IMG/VR virus record: IMGVR_UViG_3300028393_000048
Coordinates: 1 to 64,000 of that record
DNA length: 64,000 bases
Reading direction: 5' to 3' (one strand)
Origin: an uncultured virus (IMG/VR IMGVR_UViG_3300028393_000048)
Lineage: Duplodnaviria; Heunggongvirae; Uroviricota; Caudoviricetes
In this document: in pieces, positions 9,228 through 18,618 of the stretch
Layout: the number at the start of each line of letters is the position of its first letter
How positions within the stretch are numbered: position 1 is the stretch's first letter
The notes under the pieces: generated by a model
What the model saw: the letters and a program-made list of their open reading frames with translations, nothing else
The model's database searches: none
Told to the model about the DNA's origin: nothing
Made by a program: the position numbers and the translations under genes

Positions 9228-9481
9228 AAAAGAAAAATAAAGAAAAATTCAATTACGAACTTATTCGTAATGGTATACAGTTCTTGGAAGATCTGAACAA
9301 TGCAAAGAATGAATCTTTGTATTTCCATCACGAGAATCCAAAATATTATGAAACTCCAGATTGGCTTCAGAATCGTTACAACCAAGCCATGCAAGATCTT
9401 GGTCGTTGGTTAGTCAGAGACTATCAAGAGGAAGACGAATACATGGATGCACTAGGATCTACTGGTGATACCGATTTTTAA
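9224..9481 (+). CDS. Hypothetical protein
   Basis: ATGA-coupled 85-aa ORF. Confidence 0.6.
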   Translation: MKKKNKEKFNYELIRNGIQFLEDLNNAKNESLYFHHENPKYYETPDWLQNRYNQAMQDLGRWLVRDYQEEDEYMDALGSTGDTDF

Positions 9482-9498
9482 TTTTGTAACCTTCCCAC

Positions 9499-9519
9499 TA
9501 CATATTTCGGGAATATGTA
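9499..9519 (+). other. Intergenic hairpin
   Basis: tacatatt-tcggg-aatatgta; no clear U-tract. Confidence 0.35.
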
Positions 9520-9608
9520 TAAGGATCTTGACAATTATTAAAAAATTGAATATGCTAATAGCATGAAAAATAAAAAACCAAAAACCATATAAATAAATCA
9601 GTAAAAAA

Positions 9609-9806
9609 ATGATCTTCTTGTATACAATAGCTGCTGCACCATTGTTATTCCTATTAGGGTGTATGTTTTATATGGAATTCCTTGGAGAATTCTTTGTTGG
9701 GAAAGGACTAGTAGAGGTATTAAAAACAATAGGAGAATTTCTTTTGTTTATATTAATGATAGTATTAGGTATATGGGGTATAGCAGGACTAGTGTCCTCA
9801 TTATAA
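9609..9806 (+). CDS. Two-TM small membrane protein
   Basis: Two hydrophobic segments. Confidence 0.55.
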   Translation: MIFLYTIAAAPLLFLLGCMFYMEFLGEFFVGKGLVEVLKTIGEFLLFILMIVLGIWGIAGLVSSL

Positions 9807-9810
9807 AAGT

Positions 9811-10008
9811 ATGAAAAATAAGAACGAAGAGATTGAACAGTTCCTAGAAGAGTTCGCAGATAAGTTCCGTTTTAAGAAATTTAATGAGTTTAATGTCGTC
9901 CAGATAGTTACTGAAATGCTTAGGCACAAGATGGTCAAGGAAAATTGGAGTAAGAATAAAAATATTGATCTACCCAGCCAAACAAATGATATTAATTTTA
10001 ATTATTGA
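9811..10008 (+). CDS. Hypothetical protein
   Basis: 65-aa ORF. Confidence 0.5.
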   Translation: MKNKNEEIEQFLEEFADKFRFKKFNEFNVVQIVTEMLRHKMVKENWSKNKNIDLPSQTNDINFNY

Positions 10009-10042
10009 CATTTCATCATAAAGAATCATATAAACTAAAATT

Positions 10043-10177
10043 ATGAAATTTATCTTAGATAACAAAGAGTATACATTTCTAGAAGCAAGGAAAATCTTAA
10101 TGAAAGGACAGGCTAAGACTTTTGAAAATTATCGCAGTGCATATGCCTATTTGATGTGGAAATGCAAAAAAGCTTGA
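10043..10177 (+). CDS. 44-aa hypothetical protein (not in ORF track)
   Basis: MKFILDNKEYTFLEARKILMKGQAKTFENYRSAYAYLMWKCKKA downstream of TTGACA. Confidence 0.5.
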   Translation: MKFILDNKEYTFLEARKILMKGQAKTFENYRSAYAYLMWKCKKA

Positions 10178-10211
10178 AGAGTCCTAAAAAATCATATAGA
10201 ATATAAGAATC

Positions 10212-10439
10212 ATGAATAAAGAATCCATTGTAGAAAATTATATTAAAAATAGAGATGAATATGAATCATATGATGCTTGGGTAGATGGTCTTATTGAATT
10301 AGCAAAATCTTTAGAATCAAAATATAATAAATTTATAGAAGAAATAGAAGATATTAAACTTGAAAAATATAGTGAAGGCTATGGTGATGGTTATGCCACT
10401 GGTTCTTCTGATGAAGCATTCTATCACACTGGTTTATGA
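10212..10439 (+). CDS. Hypothetical protein
   Basis: 75 aa with YSEGYGDGY motif. Confidence 0.55.
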   Translation: MNKESIVENYIKNRDEYESYDAWVDGLIELAKSLESKYNKFIEEIEDIKLEKYSEGYGDGYATGSSDEAFYHTGL

Positions 10440-10521
10440 TATTTAATAATAACAAGAAATTGTATTGCAAAATTAGAAGAAGAAGCTTGACACCACCTAA
10501 AGATTCCTATAGACTATAAAA

Positions 10522-11238
10522 ATGATTCACAATTACATTAAAGAAGATCACAAACAAATCCAAAAGGATGTCCAAGAAATGAAAAATCATGTTAAAAATT
10601 TGAAAGCTAAAAAGAAAAAAGAACATAAGAAAGTCACAGTTATCTTTGATGAGAGGCATCTTCCTGTCCTCGTAAGAGCATTGGAAGTATTTCAAAGAAT
10701 GAGAAGTGGTCAGATTGATATGGCTCTTGATGAGTGTTATGCAGATAAGCAAACCAAGATGTTAAAGGATAGAAAATATTATCATTATGGCGATAATAAA
10801 GAAATTGAGAAGCTTATTAGATCTGTATACTTCAAAGATCTTGGTTCTCCTAATGCTGCATGGGGAATTGGTCAGTATGGCTATGGTGGAGAGGAAGCAT
10901 ATATGATTCAGAAGACACTAAGGCAATATATGGCATACGAAAGAAACGATGGATACGCTGGTACTGGAAGAGACTTTGATACTTGTTGGGGAAGTTATTC
11001 TGATGTTCCTAATCCAGTTGTAGAAGGATTTAGTACTAGGAAGTTTTTCAAGGCTCCGAAGAGTATTCAAAAGAAGCTAGAAAATTTGATCTCGGTTGGA
11101 GACTTCAAAGGTGCTTTTGATCTCATTGATAAGAAGTTTAAAACTCTTCCTAAAGGTGACAAGTATGAGATTTCATTCAGTGGAGATGATTGGGGAGTAT
11201 TTGTAACAGCACCAAGAAAGAAAGAGGAGGGTTGGTAA
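10522..11238 (+). CDS. Hypothetical protein
   Basis: 238 aa; ATG 6 nt after TAGACT. Confidence 0.65.
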   Translation: MIHNYIKEDHKQIQKDVQEMKNHVKNLKAKKKKEHKKVTVIFDERHLPVLVRALEVFQRMRSGQIDMALDECYADKQTKMLKDRKYYHYGDNKEIEKLIRSVYFKDLGSPNAAWGIGQYGYGGEEAYMIQKTLRQYMAYERNDGYAGTGRDFDTCWGSYSDVPNPVVEGFSTRKFFKAPKSIQKKLENLISVGDFKGAFDLIDKKFKTLPKGDKYEISFSGDDWGVFVTAPRKKEEGW

Positions 11239-11278
11239 TCTGCTTGACACCTCCTCTTAAATCATATAGAATAAGATT

Positions 11279-11560
11279 ATGAATGAAGAACAAAAAGAAG
11301 TAAGATGGAATGATAATTTGGTTAAAGAAATCTTTAGAGATTATGCTGTGCCAAAGATTAAAGGTCTTATTGACATCCAAAAGCAGAATGGCAACTATAA
11401 CATCAATGAGTATATGTATGGTATGCTTATTGGATTGGAGACAGCTTATTTTAGTTTGTTGGGTGAAGAGGGAAGGTTTACAGAAAGACCAAAAGAGTGG
11501 TTGGATGATAACATTCCTAAAAACTTTATACCAGAAGTTGCTGAAGATTCTCTTGACTAG
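11279..11560 (+). CDS. Hypothetical protein
   Basis: 93 aa directly behind a repeat promoter. Confidence 0.65.
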   Translation: MNEEQKEVRWNDNLVKEIFRDYAVPKIKGLIDIQKQNGNYNINEYMYGMLIGLETAYFSLLGEEGRFTERPKEWLDDNIPKNFIPEVAEDSLD

Positions 11561-11589
11561 TCCTTCTAATAGTATATAATATTAAAAAT

Positions 11590-11787
11590 ATGACAACAGA
11601 AACACAAAACCTACAAGAATACATTAATGACAATACTCTTAAAGAGTATGATTCAAGAACTTCTTTACATAAAGAAGAACTAAGTGGAGCACTTGATGCT
11701 TATTTGAATCTAAATCGAAAGTATATGACACTTAAGGAAGAGAATGAACAGCTTTTGAATAAGATTAAAGAGTTGGAATCTAAATGA
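11590..11787 (+). CDS. Small coiled-coil protein
   Basis: 65 aa, heptad-like C-terminus. Confidence 0.55.
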   Translation: MTTETQNLQEYINDNTLKEYDSRTSLHKEELSGALDAYLNLNRKYMTLKEENEQLLNKIKELESK

Positions 11788-11957
11788 GACAAAGATTTAT
11801 TAATTGGTTAGATAGTTTACCAGAACCAAATGCTTTTGAAGCATTATGTGTTTATACTATCTTAGGAATGTTGTTTTTATATTGGATGTCTAAAGTACAA
11901 TTTTGGATAATTCATAAGATTCTTTTGACACCTCCTCCTAAAGCATATAGACTGTAA
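11784..11957 (+). CDS. 57-aa membrane peptide with LPEP + TM (PEP-CTERM-like; not in ORF track)
   Basis: MRQRFINWLDSLPEPNAFEALCVYTILGMLFLYWMSKVQFWIIHKILLTPPPKAYRL; ATGA-coupled. Confidence 0.55.
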   Translation: MRQRFINWLDSLPEPNAFEALCVYTILGMLFLYWMSKVQFWIIHKILLTPPPKAYRL

Positions 11958-12027
11958 TAATTTACTTAAAATAAATTAAGTGACAATTATATTGACACTT
12001 CCTGTTAAATATCATTATAATAATATT

Positions 12028-12282
12028 ATGAAAAAAATATTAATAATGTTAATTTTATCTACCTCAGTATTTGCTGAAGATAGTATAAAGTCAACACCAA
12101 CTCCAACTCCTCGACCCACGCCAGTTACTAAGCAAACCCTCCCTAATGCCAAACCAATTAAACCTATTGCATCAACACCCACACCTACCCCTCGACCTGC
12201 AATAACCCCTATTCCTAAGCCAAAAAAGAGTCCTTACCCAACACCACCTCCAGTAAGAGGTACAGCATACAGTATTATATGA
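12028..12282 (+). CDS. Secreted Pro/Thr-rich protein
   Basis: Signal peptide MKKILIMLILSTSVFA; two STPTPTPRP repeats; ATG 6 nt after TATAAT. Confidence 0.7.
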   Translation: MKKILIMLILSTSVFAEDSIKSTPTPTPRPTPVTKQTLPNAKPIKPIASTPTPTPRPAITPIPKPKKSPYPTPPPVRGTAYSII

Positions 12283-12869
12283 TTAGATTCCTTGCTATAT
12301 TTCTACTCTTTGTTAGTAATACTTTTGGTACTGTAATTCTTGTTAATTCTGAAGATACTTTTAATGTTGGAAAGGGTAATAATCCACAGACTGTAGGAAC
12401 TGCTGTTGTCCTAAATGGGGGAACCTTATTATTGTCCAATGGAGGTAATAGGACTGCTGATAAAACTATTAGTCAAACATTTGGAACCCTTACTCTAACA
12501 GCTAATAGTACAATTGATTTTACTACAATCTCTGGTAATACTCTCCTTACTTTTTATAGTCTTATAAACATTAATAATTATATTCTATCTATTATTAACT
12601 ATAATCCTAATAATACATCAGAGGTTTTAAAATTTACTACTGTCCCAAATAGTAGTAACTTAAAAAATATAGTATTCTATAGTGGTACTAATTTCCTAGG
12701 AACTGGACAAGCTTTTGGTAATCAGATTTGTCCCTTACCTGAACCTAACACTATTATAGCTGTCTTGTTGCTTTGTTTTGTATTACTAGGATGGTTTGTT
12801 TTTAAACATAGAACAAACTTTAAATACCCAATAGAAGTTATTCGTAGAGTATTGTTTGTTTGGATTTAA
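12279..12869 (+). CDS. PEP-CTERM sorting-domain surface protein
   Basis: Signal peptide; N/T/G-rich beta-strand repeats (LNGGTLLL, FGTLTLTANSTIDF); C-terminal LPEP-TM-KHR. Confidence 0.75.
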   Translation: MIRFLAIFLLFVSNTFGTVILVNSEDTFNVGKGNNPQTVGTAVVLNGGTLLLSNGGNRTADKTISQTFGTLTLTANSTIDFTTISGNTLLTFYSLININNYILSIINYNPNNTSEVLKFTTVPNSSNLKNIVFYSGTNFLGTGQAFGNQICPLPEPNTIIAVLLLCFVLLGWFVFKHRTNFKYPIEVIRRVLFVWI

Positions 12870-12911
12870 GCATTTTAGCTTGACACCTCCTCTTAAAGCA
12901 TATAGAATATT

Positions 12912-13139
12912 ATGATGAATATACTAGAAATTTTTAAAGCTAATGATGAATATGGTGTAGGTGTTAAGTTCAATACTTCTTCTATTTCTAGAGAAGAAAT
13001 TGTTCAATATTGTTTAATGATTATTGGTTCGTTTTTACAGAATGTACCAGAGAATATGCAAAATAAAGAAGAGGATTATATCTTTGATTGTTTAGTAAGA
13101 TTCAAAAAGAATCAACAAAAACTTGACACCTCCTCCTAA
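12912..13139 (+). CDS. Hypothetical protein (start may be 12915); ends LDTSS inside the repeat
   Basis: Lies between two repeat copies. Confidence 0.6.
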   Translation: MMNILEIFKANDEYGVGVKFNTSSISREEIVQYCLMIIGSFLQNVPENMQNKEEDYIFDCLVRFKKNQQKLDTSS

Positions 13140-13157
13140 AGCACATAGAATAAGATT

Positions 13158-13424
13158 ATGAAATATAAGACAGAAATACATAATGGGTTTTCTTCAGTGT
13201 ATGTATCTATACTTGATGAAAATGATAATTGGGTATGTCATTTGAATTTTAACAAACAATATATCGAAAGTTTGGGTAATAGATATGATAAAGATGGTAT
13301 GTCAAATGCTTCTTGGGACCCAAGAAGCATTGCTTCTTGGGAGTTAGATGCAAATTTAAATAAAATTTTATGTAAGGTACAAGATAAACTTGGCTTGGCT
13401 AAATCACTTGACACCTCCTCTTAA
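13158..13424 (+). CDS. Hypothetical protein; ends LDTSS inside the repeat
   Basis: Lies between two repeat copies. Confidence 0.6.
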   Translation: MKYKTEIHNGFSSVYVSILDENDNWVCHLNFNKQYIESLGNRYDKDGMSNASWDPRSIASWELDANLNKILCKVQDKLGLAKSLDTSS

Positions 13425-13430
13425 AGCATA

Positions 13431-13646
13431 ATGGAAACTAGAACTGTATCATTACTCAAAGCCATCTCTTATAGGATCTTTGGCTCTTTAGTTACTTTTC
13501 TAGCCTGTTTATTCTTTACAGGAAAGCCTTTTATCTCATTAGGTGTATCAGTCTTTGACTTCTTTGCTAAGATTGTTCTCTATTATGTACATGAAAGACT
13601 TTGGGAGCATTTTAAAAACCCTCATGGTAAACTTTATGAAAAATAA
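13431..13646 (+). CDS. DUF2061-like membrane protein
   Basis: SLLKAISYR..GS..T......FTG......G......K..LYY.HER.W signature. Confidence 0.8.
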   Translation: METRTVSLLKAISYRIFGSLVTFLACLFFTGKPFISLGVSVFDFFAKIVLYYVHERLWEHFKNPHGKLYEK

Positions 13647-13872
13647 AAATACAAGCGTACAAGTAAATGTAAAATTGGATGAATTCCTTGTTACATTTAA
13701 ACAATCACCAGACAATTATGATTGGACTGAAATGACATATACTGATATAAATGTTGGTCACTTTGATGCTAATCGTAGACCTAAATCATTTATGACTTTT
13801 GAGAATACAGAACTAGATTCTATTATTAAAGCATTGACAGCATATAGAGATACTGTTAAGATGCTTGGATGA
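13636..13872 (+). CDS. Hypothetical protein, paralogue of 8522..8758
   Basis: Same length, ~72% identity. Confidence 0.8.
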   Translation: MKNKNTSVQVNVKLDEFLVTFKQSPDNYDWTEMTYTDINVGHFDANRRPKSFMTFENTELDSIIKALTAYRDTVKMLG

Positions 13873-14516
13873 AAAATATATTCCTGATTGCAGATCTCCA
13901 CTTTGGGGACTCAGACATGGTCAGTCTTGTTAAAGAGGATGGACATCCTATGCGTCCATTTAAAAGCGTAGAGGAGCATGATGCTACCTTGATTGAGAAC
14001 TGGAACAAGGTTGTTACTCATCCAAGTGACAAAATATATATTCTTGGTGATGTGGCTCAGAAAAGAAAAGATATTGAGAACTTCGGTAAACTCAATGGTA
14101 AGAAGATTCTTATCAAGGGAAACCACGACATCTATGAGATGAAAGAGTATGCAAAGTATTTCAAAGATATTCGTGCAACTCATCGTTTGGATAATGGTAT
14201 TCTCATGAGTCACATCCCTGTGCATCCTAGTACCTTTGGTAATGCTCATAAGATCAATGTTCATGGTCATATACACGACAAGAAAGTATATCGAACCGCA
14301 AGATATCCCGATTTAGATAGTAGATGGGAAGAATATGTATACAAGAATGAGATTGATCCAAGATACTTCTGTGTCTCCTGTGAGCATATCAACTATACTC
14401 CTATGGAGCTTGGAGCTATTGAATTAGAAATATTTGGATTTGGAGAGAATTATCATCGTGAAGAAACTTTAAATGAATTGACAAAGCAAGCTCAAGAGCT
14501 TAATATGGGATACTAA
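13869..14516 (+). CDS. Calcineurin-like phosphoesterase
   Basis: ADLHFG, LGDV, GNHD, SHIP, HGHIH motifs. Confidence 0.9.
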   Translation: MKNIFLIADLHFGDSDMVSLVKEDGHPMRPFKSVEEHDATLIENWNKVVTHPSDKIYILGDVAQKRKDIENFGKLNGKKILIKGNHDIYEMKEYAKYFKDIRATHRLDNGILMSHIPVHPSTFGNAHKINVHGHIHDKKVYRTARYPDLDSRWEEYVYKNEIDPRYFCVSCEHINYTPMELGAIELEIFGFGENYHREETLNELTKQAQELNMGY

Positions 14517-14553
14517 TGTTACAATTCCGTAACATTCAAGAATAAGTATTATT

Positions 14554-14736
14554 ATGAACGGAGAAGCCTTACATTTAATTGCAAGCTTCTCCGTTTTTTT
14601 ATTAGTAGCAGGGTTTGTTTCTTTCCTTTTTATGATCTCACCAGAATTTAGAAAGATGCTAAAAAGACATAAAAAACTTGCAAAGAAAAGAAAAAACCTT
14701 AAACAAGCATCTAAATCAAAAGACTTTCAAATTTAA
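14554..14736 (+). CDS. Single-TM protein with basic tail
   Basis: TAAGTA box upstream; hydrophobic then K-rich. Confidence 0.5.
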   Translation: MNGEALHLIASFSVFLLVAGFVSFLFMISPEFRKMLKRHKKLAKKRKNLKQASKSKDFQI

Positions 14737-14770
14737 TTGACTTTAATTTTTATTGTGATATCATTTTTTA

Positions 14771-15139
14771 ATGACAAATCACGAAAAGATAATTGAACTA
14801 AATAAAATCTGGTATGATGTAATTGCTGGTGATTACCACAAAGATCGTGATTGTCACTTTAGAATAAGCACTCATTATCTTTATGGTGATAGAGTGGAAT
14901 GGGAAGTAGAACATTTTGGTTATATTCTTCAGCCTTATTTAAGAGATGTAGAAGAGTTTGAAACTCAACACGAAGCAGAAGTTTGGCTCATTCACAATGT
15001 ATTAAAATTTGGTATATTAATGGAAATTAATAACTTTCTTGATCATTACGGAGATCCTGAATGGGATCAACATACTCGTTATGATAAAGAACAACTTGAA
15101 GACATTAAGAAGAAAGTTCTTGACATTGCACCAGATTAA
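14771..15139 (+). CDS. Hypothetical protein
   Basis: 122 aa with HKDRDCHF motif. Confidence 0.65.
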   Translation: MTNHEKIIELNKIWYDVIAGDYHKDRDCHFRISTHYLYGDRVEWEVEHFGYILQPYLRDVEEFETQHEAEVWLIHNVLKFGILMEINNFLDHYGDPEWDQHTRYDKEQLEDIKKKVLDIAPD

Positions 15140-15153
15140 TCTATACTACATTT

Positions 15154-16278
15154 ATGTTTAATTTATTCCCAAAAAAGAAATCTCTTGATAAGATCATAGA
15201 AGATTCTAATTTAACTCCAGCTTGGTTTCCAGACGTTTGGACTCCAACTCAAACTCCTAGTATGTTACAAGCACAAAATGAATTAATTGAACAGTTTCTT
15301 AAAGAAAACCATGATCTTAAAAAAGAAATCCAAGAGCTTAAAAGGGATGTTCACCAACCAGAACTTTGTAATGAAAAGATTTTTAAACTCAGAGAAGAAA
15401 ATGTAGAACTTAAGAAGATTCTTATAGATCTCAAAAAGGAGAATGCTGATCTTATTGAAATACTTGCAAAATACAGAGATGGATATCAGGGTTCATGTTA
15501 TGCTTGTGAACCAGTTGGTGAACTTAATCAAAAGCTTGAAAAAGAAAAAACCGAACTTCTTGAGAAGTATAATGGTTTTCTTACAATGGGTGGTCTAAAG
15601 TATATGGAAGCAAAATTACAAATCGTGCAGAACAATTATACAAAGTGTGCTAAAGAAAGAGACGAGTATAAACATCAACTGAATGCAGCTAATAAGGAAA
15701 GGAATGAGTATAAAGAGTCATTTGAGAGTATGAAAAAAGCTTATGAACAAGAAGCTAAAAGTGCTGATAGAGAGTTAGAAAAGAGACTTGAACTGGAGAA
15801 AGAAGTAGAGAAGCTAAAAAAAGATATTGTTGATTATGTCTTTGAGAAGGATAATCAGGTTAATTTTTTTGAAGAAGAGTTAAAGAGATTAAAATCTATT
15901 ACAAAAGAAGAATATGATAAGATACCTGTTGTTGGTAGTGCTGATATAATTGGAAATTTACTTCAAAAGGCTAATGATTTAGTAGAGGGTGTTGAAGTAG
16001 ACTTAGACAAATCTTTAGATGAACAATGTGATAAGGAAGATGAGACTGCTTTTCTTAAATGTGCTTGTGGTGATTGTCATGAGAAAACAAAACAATATAA
16101 TCAATTCCAAGAATTTGAAGAATGTAAGATTACAGGTCATAAAATTCCTAAAGAAAAGTCTTGGGAAGAAGCAGCATCTGATTTAGCTTTAAAAGTTACA
16201 AAGCTTGAAGAACAATTAAAAATTCACAAACTACTGATTGATCAACTTAACAACTATATACTATGCCTAAAGCATTAA
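15154..16278 (+). CDS. Long coiled-coil protein with Cys clusters
   Basis: E/K-rich heptads; CYAC and CACGDC motifs. Confidence 0.65.
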   Translation: MFNLFPKKKSLDKIIEDSNLTPAWFPDVWTPTQTPSMLQAQNELIEQFLKENHDLKKEIQELKRDVHQPELCNEKIFKLREENVELKKILIDLKKENADLIEILAKYRDGYQGSCYACEPVGELNQKLEKEKTELLEKYNGFLTMGGLKYMEAKLQIVQNNYTKCAKERDEYKHQLNAANKERNEYKESFESMKKAYEQEAKSADRELEKRLELEKEVEKLKKDIVDYVFEKDNQVNFFEEELKRLKSITKEEYDKIPVVGSADIIGNLLQKANDLVEGVEVDLDKSLDEQCDKEDETAFLKCACGDCHEKTKQYNQFQEFEECKITGHKIPKEKSWEEAASDLALKVTKLEEQLKIHKLLIDQLNNYILCLKH

Positions 16279-17237
16279 TTACAGGTATCACGGGTCAAGA
16301 TGGATCATATCTGGCGGAACTTTTGGTTGATAAAGGTTATGAGGTTCATGGTGTAATCCGTCGATCATCTAATTTTAATACCCAGAGAATTGAAAATATA
16401 TATGATAAATTACATTTACATTATGGTGATCTATCAGATTCATCTCAATTGACAAGATTGTTATATGATCTGCAACCTGATGAGGTTTATAATCTTGGAG
16501 CACAGAGTCATGTGAGAGTATCTTTTGATATTCCAGAATATACTGGTGATGTAACTGGTCTTAGTACAATAAGATTACTTGAAGCCATTAAAGAAACAAA
16601 CTCAAAGGGTATTCGTTATTACCAAGCATCATCTTCTGAAATGTTTGGTAAGGTTCATGAAGTGCCACAGATTGAAACCACACCATTTCACCCTCGTTCT
16701 CCATATGGCTGCGCAAAGGTGTTTGCATATTGGTTGACCGTTAATTATAGAGAGTCATATGGTATCCATGCTTCCAATGGTATTCTTTTTAATCACGAAT
16801 CGCCTCGTCGTGGTGAAACTTTTGTTACTAGAAAAATTACCCGTGCTGCAACCAGAATTAAAATGGGATTACAGAAAGATCTTTATCTTGGTAATTTAGA
16901 TGCAAAAAGAGATTGGGGGTATGCAAAAGAATATGCAGAGGTGATGTGGCTCATGCTTCAACAAGATAATCCAGATGATTATGTCTGCGCTACCAATGAG
17001 ACACATACAATTAAAGAATTCTGTGAAGAATGTTTTGGCTTGCTTGATCTTGATTGGAAGGAATATGTAAAGTATGATCAAAGATACGAGAGACCAGCGG
17101 AAGTTGATCTTCTTATCGGTGATCCATCAAAACTCAAAAGACAGATTGGGTGGGAGCCAAAAGTCAAATTTAAAGAGCTTGTCAAAATTATGACAGAAGC
17201 AGATTTAAAATTAGCAAAACATGAATCTCAATTCTAA
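16263..17237 (+). CDS. gmd: GDP-mannose 4,6-dehydratase
   Basis: [60 protein letters not shown]. Confidence 0.97.
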   Translation: MPKALITGITGQDGSYLAELLVDKGYEVHGVIRRSSNFNTQRIENIYDKLHLHYGDLSDSSQLTRLLYDLQPDEVYNLGAQSHVRVSFDIPEYTGDVTGLSTIRLLEAIKETNSKGIRYYQASSSEMFGKVHEVPQIETTPFHPRSPYGCAKVFAYWLTVNYRESYGIHASNGILFNHESPRRGETFVTRKITRAATRIKMGLQKDLYLGNLDAKRDWGYAKEYAEVMWLMLQQDNPDDYVCATNETHTIKEFCEECFGLLDLDWKEYVKYDQRYERPAEVDLLIGDPSKLKRQIGWEPKVKFKELVKIMTEADLKLAKHESQF

Positions 17238-18150
17238 AATATATGTAGCAGGTCACAAAGGTTTGGTTGGTTCAGCTGTGGTTCGTTTACTTAAAGAAAA
17301 AGGTTATAGTAATATCATAACTAAATCTCGTGATGAATTAGATCTTACTAATCAGACAGCTGTTAATAATTTCTTTGCTGAAAATCTCCTTGATGTTGTT
17401 ATCATGGCAGCAGCAAAGGTTGGAGGTATTCATGCAAACAATACATATCCTGCGGAATTCATTTATGATAATTTGGCGATTACTTCTAATACAATTCATG
17501 CAGCATATAAAAATAATGTGAAGAGATTTTTATTTTTAGGTAGTTCCTGTATCTACCCAAAACATGCGGAACAACCAATGAAAGAGGATTGTCTGTTATC
17601 ATCTTCTTTGGAACCAACTAATGAAGCATATGCTATTGCAAAGATTGCAGGTCTTAAACTCTGTCAATACTATCGTAAACAATATGGTGTGATGTTTCAT
17701 TCATTAATGCCAACTAATCTTTATGGTATAGGAGATAACTATCATCCAGAAAACTCTCATGTATTACCTGCTCTTATTAGAAGATTTCATGAAGCAAAAA
17801 TAAACAACTCTCCAACAGTAACAGCATGGGGTACTGGTAGTGCTAGTAGAGAGTTTCTTTGTGCAGATGATTTAGCTGAAGCTATCTTAACAAGTCTTTT
17901 AATTAAAGATCCGTTAGATTGGATTAATGTTGGTTATGGTTCTGATGTTACAATTAAAGAACTAACAGAAATTGTTGCAAGCGTTGTGGAATATAAAGGA
18001 ACAATTATTTGGGATAAAACAAAACCTGATGGTACACCTCGTAAGCTTTTAGATAGTTCAGAGATATTTAAAACAGGATGGAAACCAAAAATAAATCTTG
18101 AAGAAGGTATAAAACTAGCGTATAATGATTTTATATTATGCCAAAAGTAA
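17221..18150 (+). CDS. fcl: GDP-L-fucose synthase
   Basis: [64 protein letters not shown]. Confidence 0.97.
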   Translation: MNLNSKIYVAGHKGLVGSAVVRLLKEKGYSNIITKSRDELDLTNQTAVNNFFAENLLDVVIMAAAKVGGIHANNTYPAEFIYDNLAITSNTIHAAYKNNVKRFLFLGSSCIYPKHAEQPMKEDCLLSSSLEPTNEAYAIAKIAGLKLCQYYRKQYGVMFHSLMPTNLYGIGDNYHPENSHVLPALIRRFHEAKINNSPTVTAWGTGSASREFLCADDLAEAILTSLLIKDPLDWINVGYGSDVTIKELTEIVASVVEYKGTIIWDKTKPDGTPRKLLDSSEIFKTGWKPKINLEEGIKLAYNDFILCQK

Positions 18151-18368
18151 ACATAGAGTATAACCTCCCTGAAGAACAAGATGAGTTTGAAACAGCTAAT
18201 AATGCTTCAAAGTATTATTCTGTTATTTGGGATTTAGATCAATATCTTAGAAACTTTGTCAAGTATCCATCCGATAGAGAAGATCCTATTCTTACTGATA
18301 CAATGGCAAAGGTAAGAGATGAGCTTTGGAGACTAATGAAAGAATACAATTTAGATTTAAACAAATGA
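18138..18368 (+). CDS. Hypothetical phage protein
   Basis: [11 protein letters not shown]...[11 protein letters not shown] pattern. Confidence 0.65.
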   Translation: MPKVNIEYNLPEEQDEFETANNASKYYSVIWDLDQYLRNFVKYPSDREDPILTDTMAKVRDELWRLMKEYNLDLNK

Positions 18369-18618
18369 AATTTTATATAACAGATTTTAGATCCAAGCCT
18401 GACTCTTACTATGTAATGGATACAAGATGTGGTAAATTAAGAAAATTTGTCGAATGGCTTTGGTTTAGGATTGAATATTAATATGAAAACTTTTGATAAA
18501 ATACTAGAATGGTGTATATATTTTATATTAGATTTTTTAATGAAAGAAAAAATTCCTAGAGAGCTTGAACAGGTAGAGAGAAAAGATAAAGAGGCATATA
18601 TATGGGATATGGGTTAAT

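Larger units (their letters stand above)
10487..13430 (+). repeat. Dispersed promoter repeat TTGACACCTCCTCyTAAAGCATA-TAGAmT
   Basis: Near-identical copies at 11244, 11925, 12880, 13123 and 13408 (truncated); diverged copies at 10487, 11553, 11992. Confidence 0.9.

Noticed and set aside
9563..9592. 9-codon ORF MKNKKPKTI behind a strong promoter as a leader peptide
   Set aside because: Too short to support; no attenuator structure; may be a gene remnant
10487..13430. Repeat series as a CRISPR array or integron attC sites
   Set aside because: Spacing is irregular (hundreds of nt), intervals are ORFs, the repeat is non-palindromic and matches a promoter; no cas or integrase seen
11244..13430. 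Minus-strand AGGAGGTG as ribosome-binding sites for antisense genes
   Set aside because: No start codon at consistent spacing; downstream frames checked are short or lack a well-placed start
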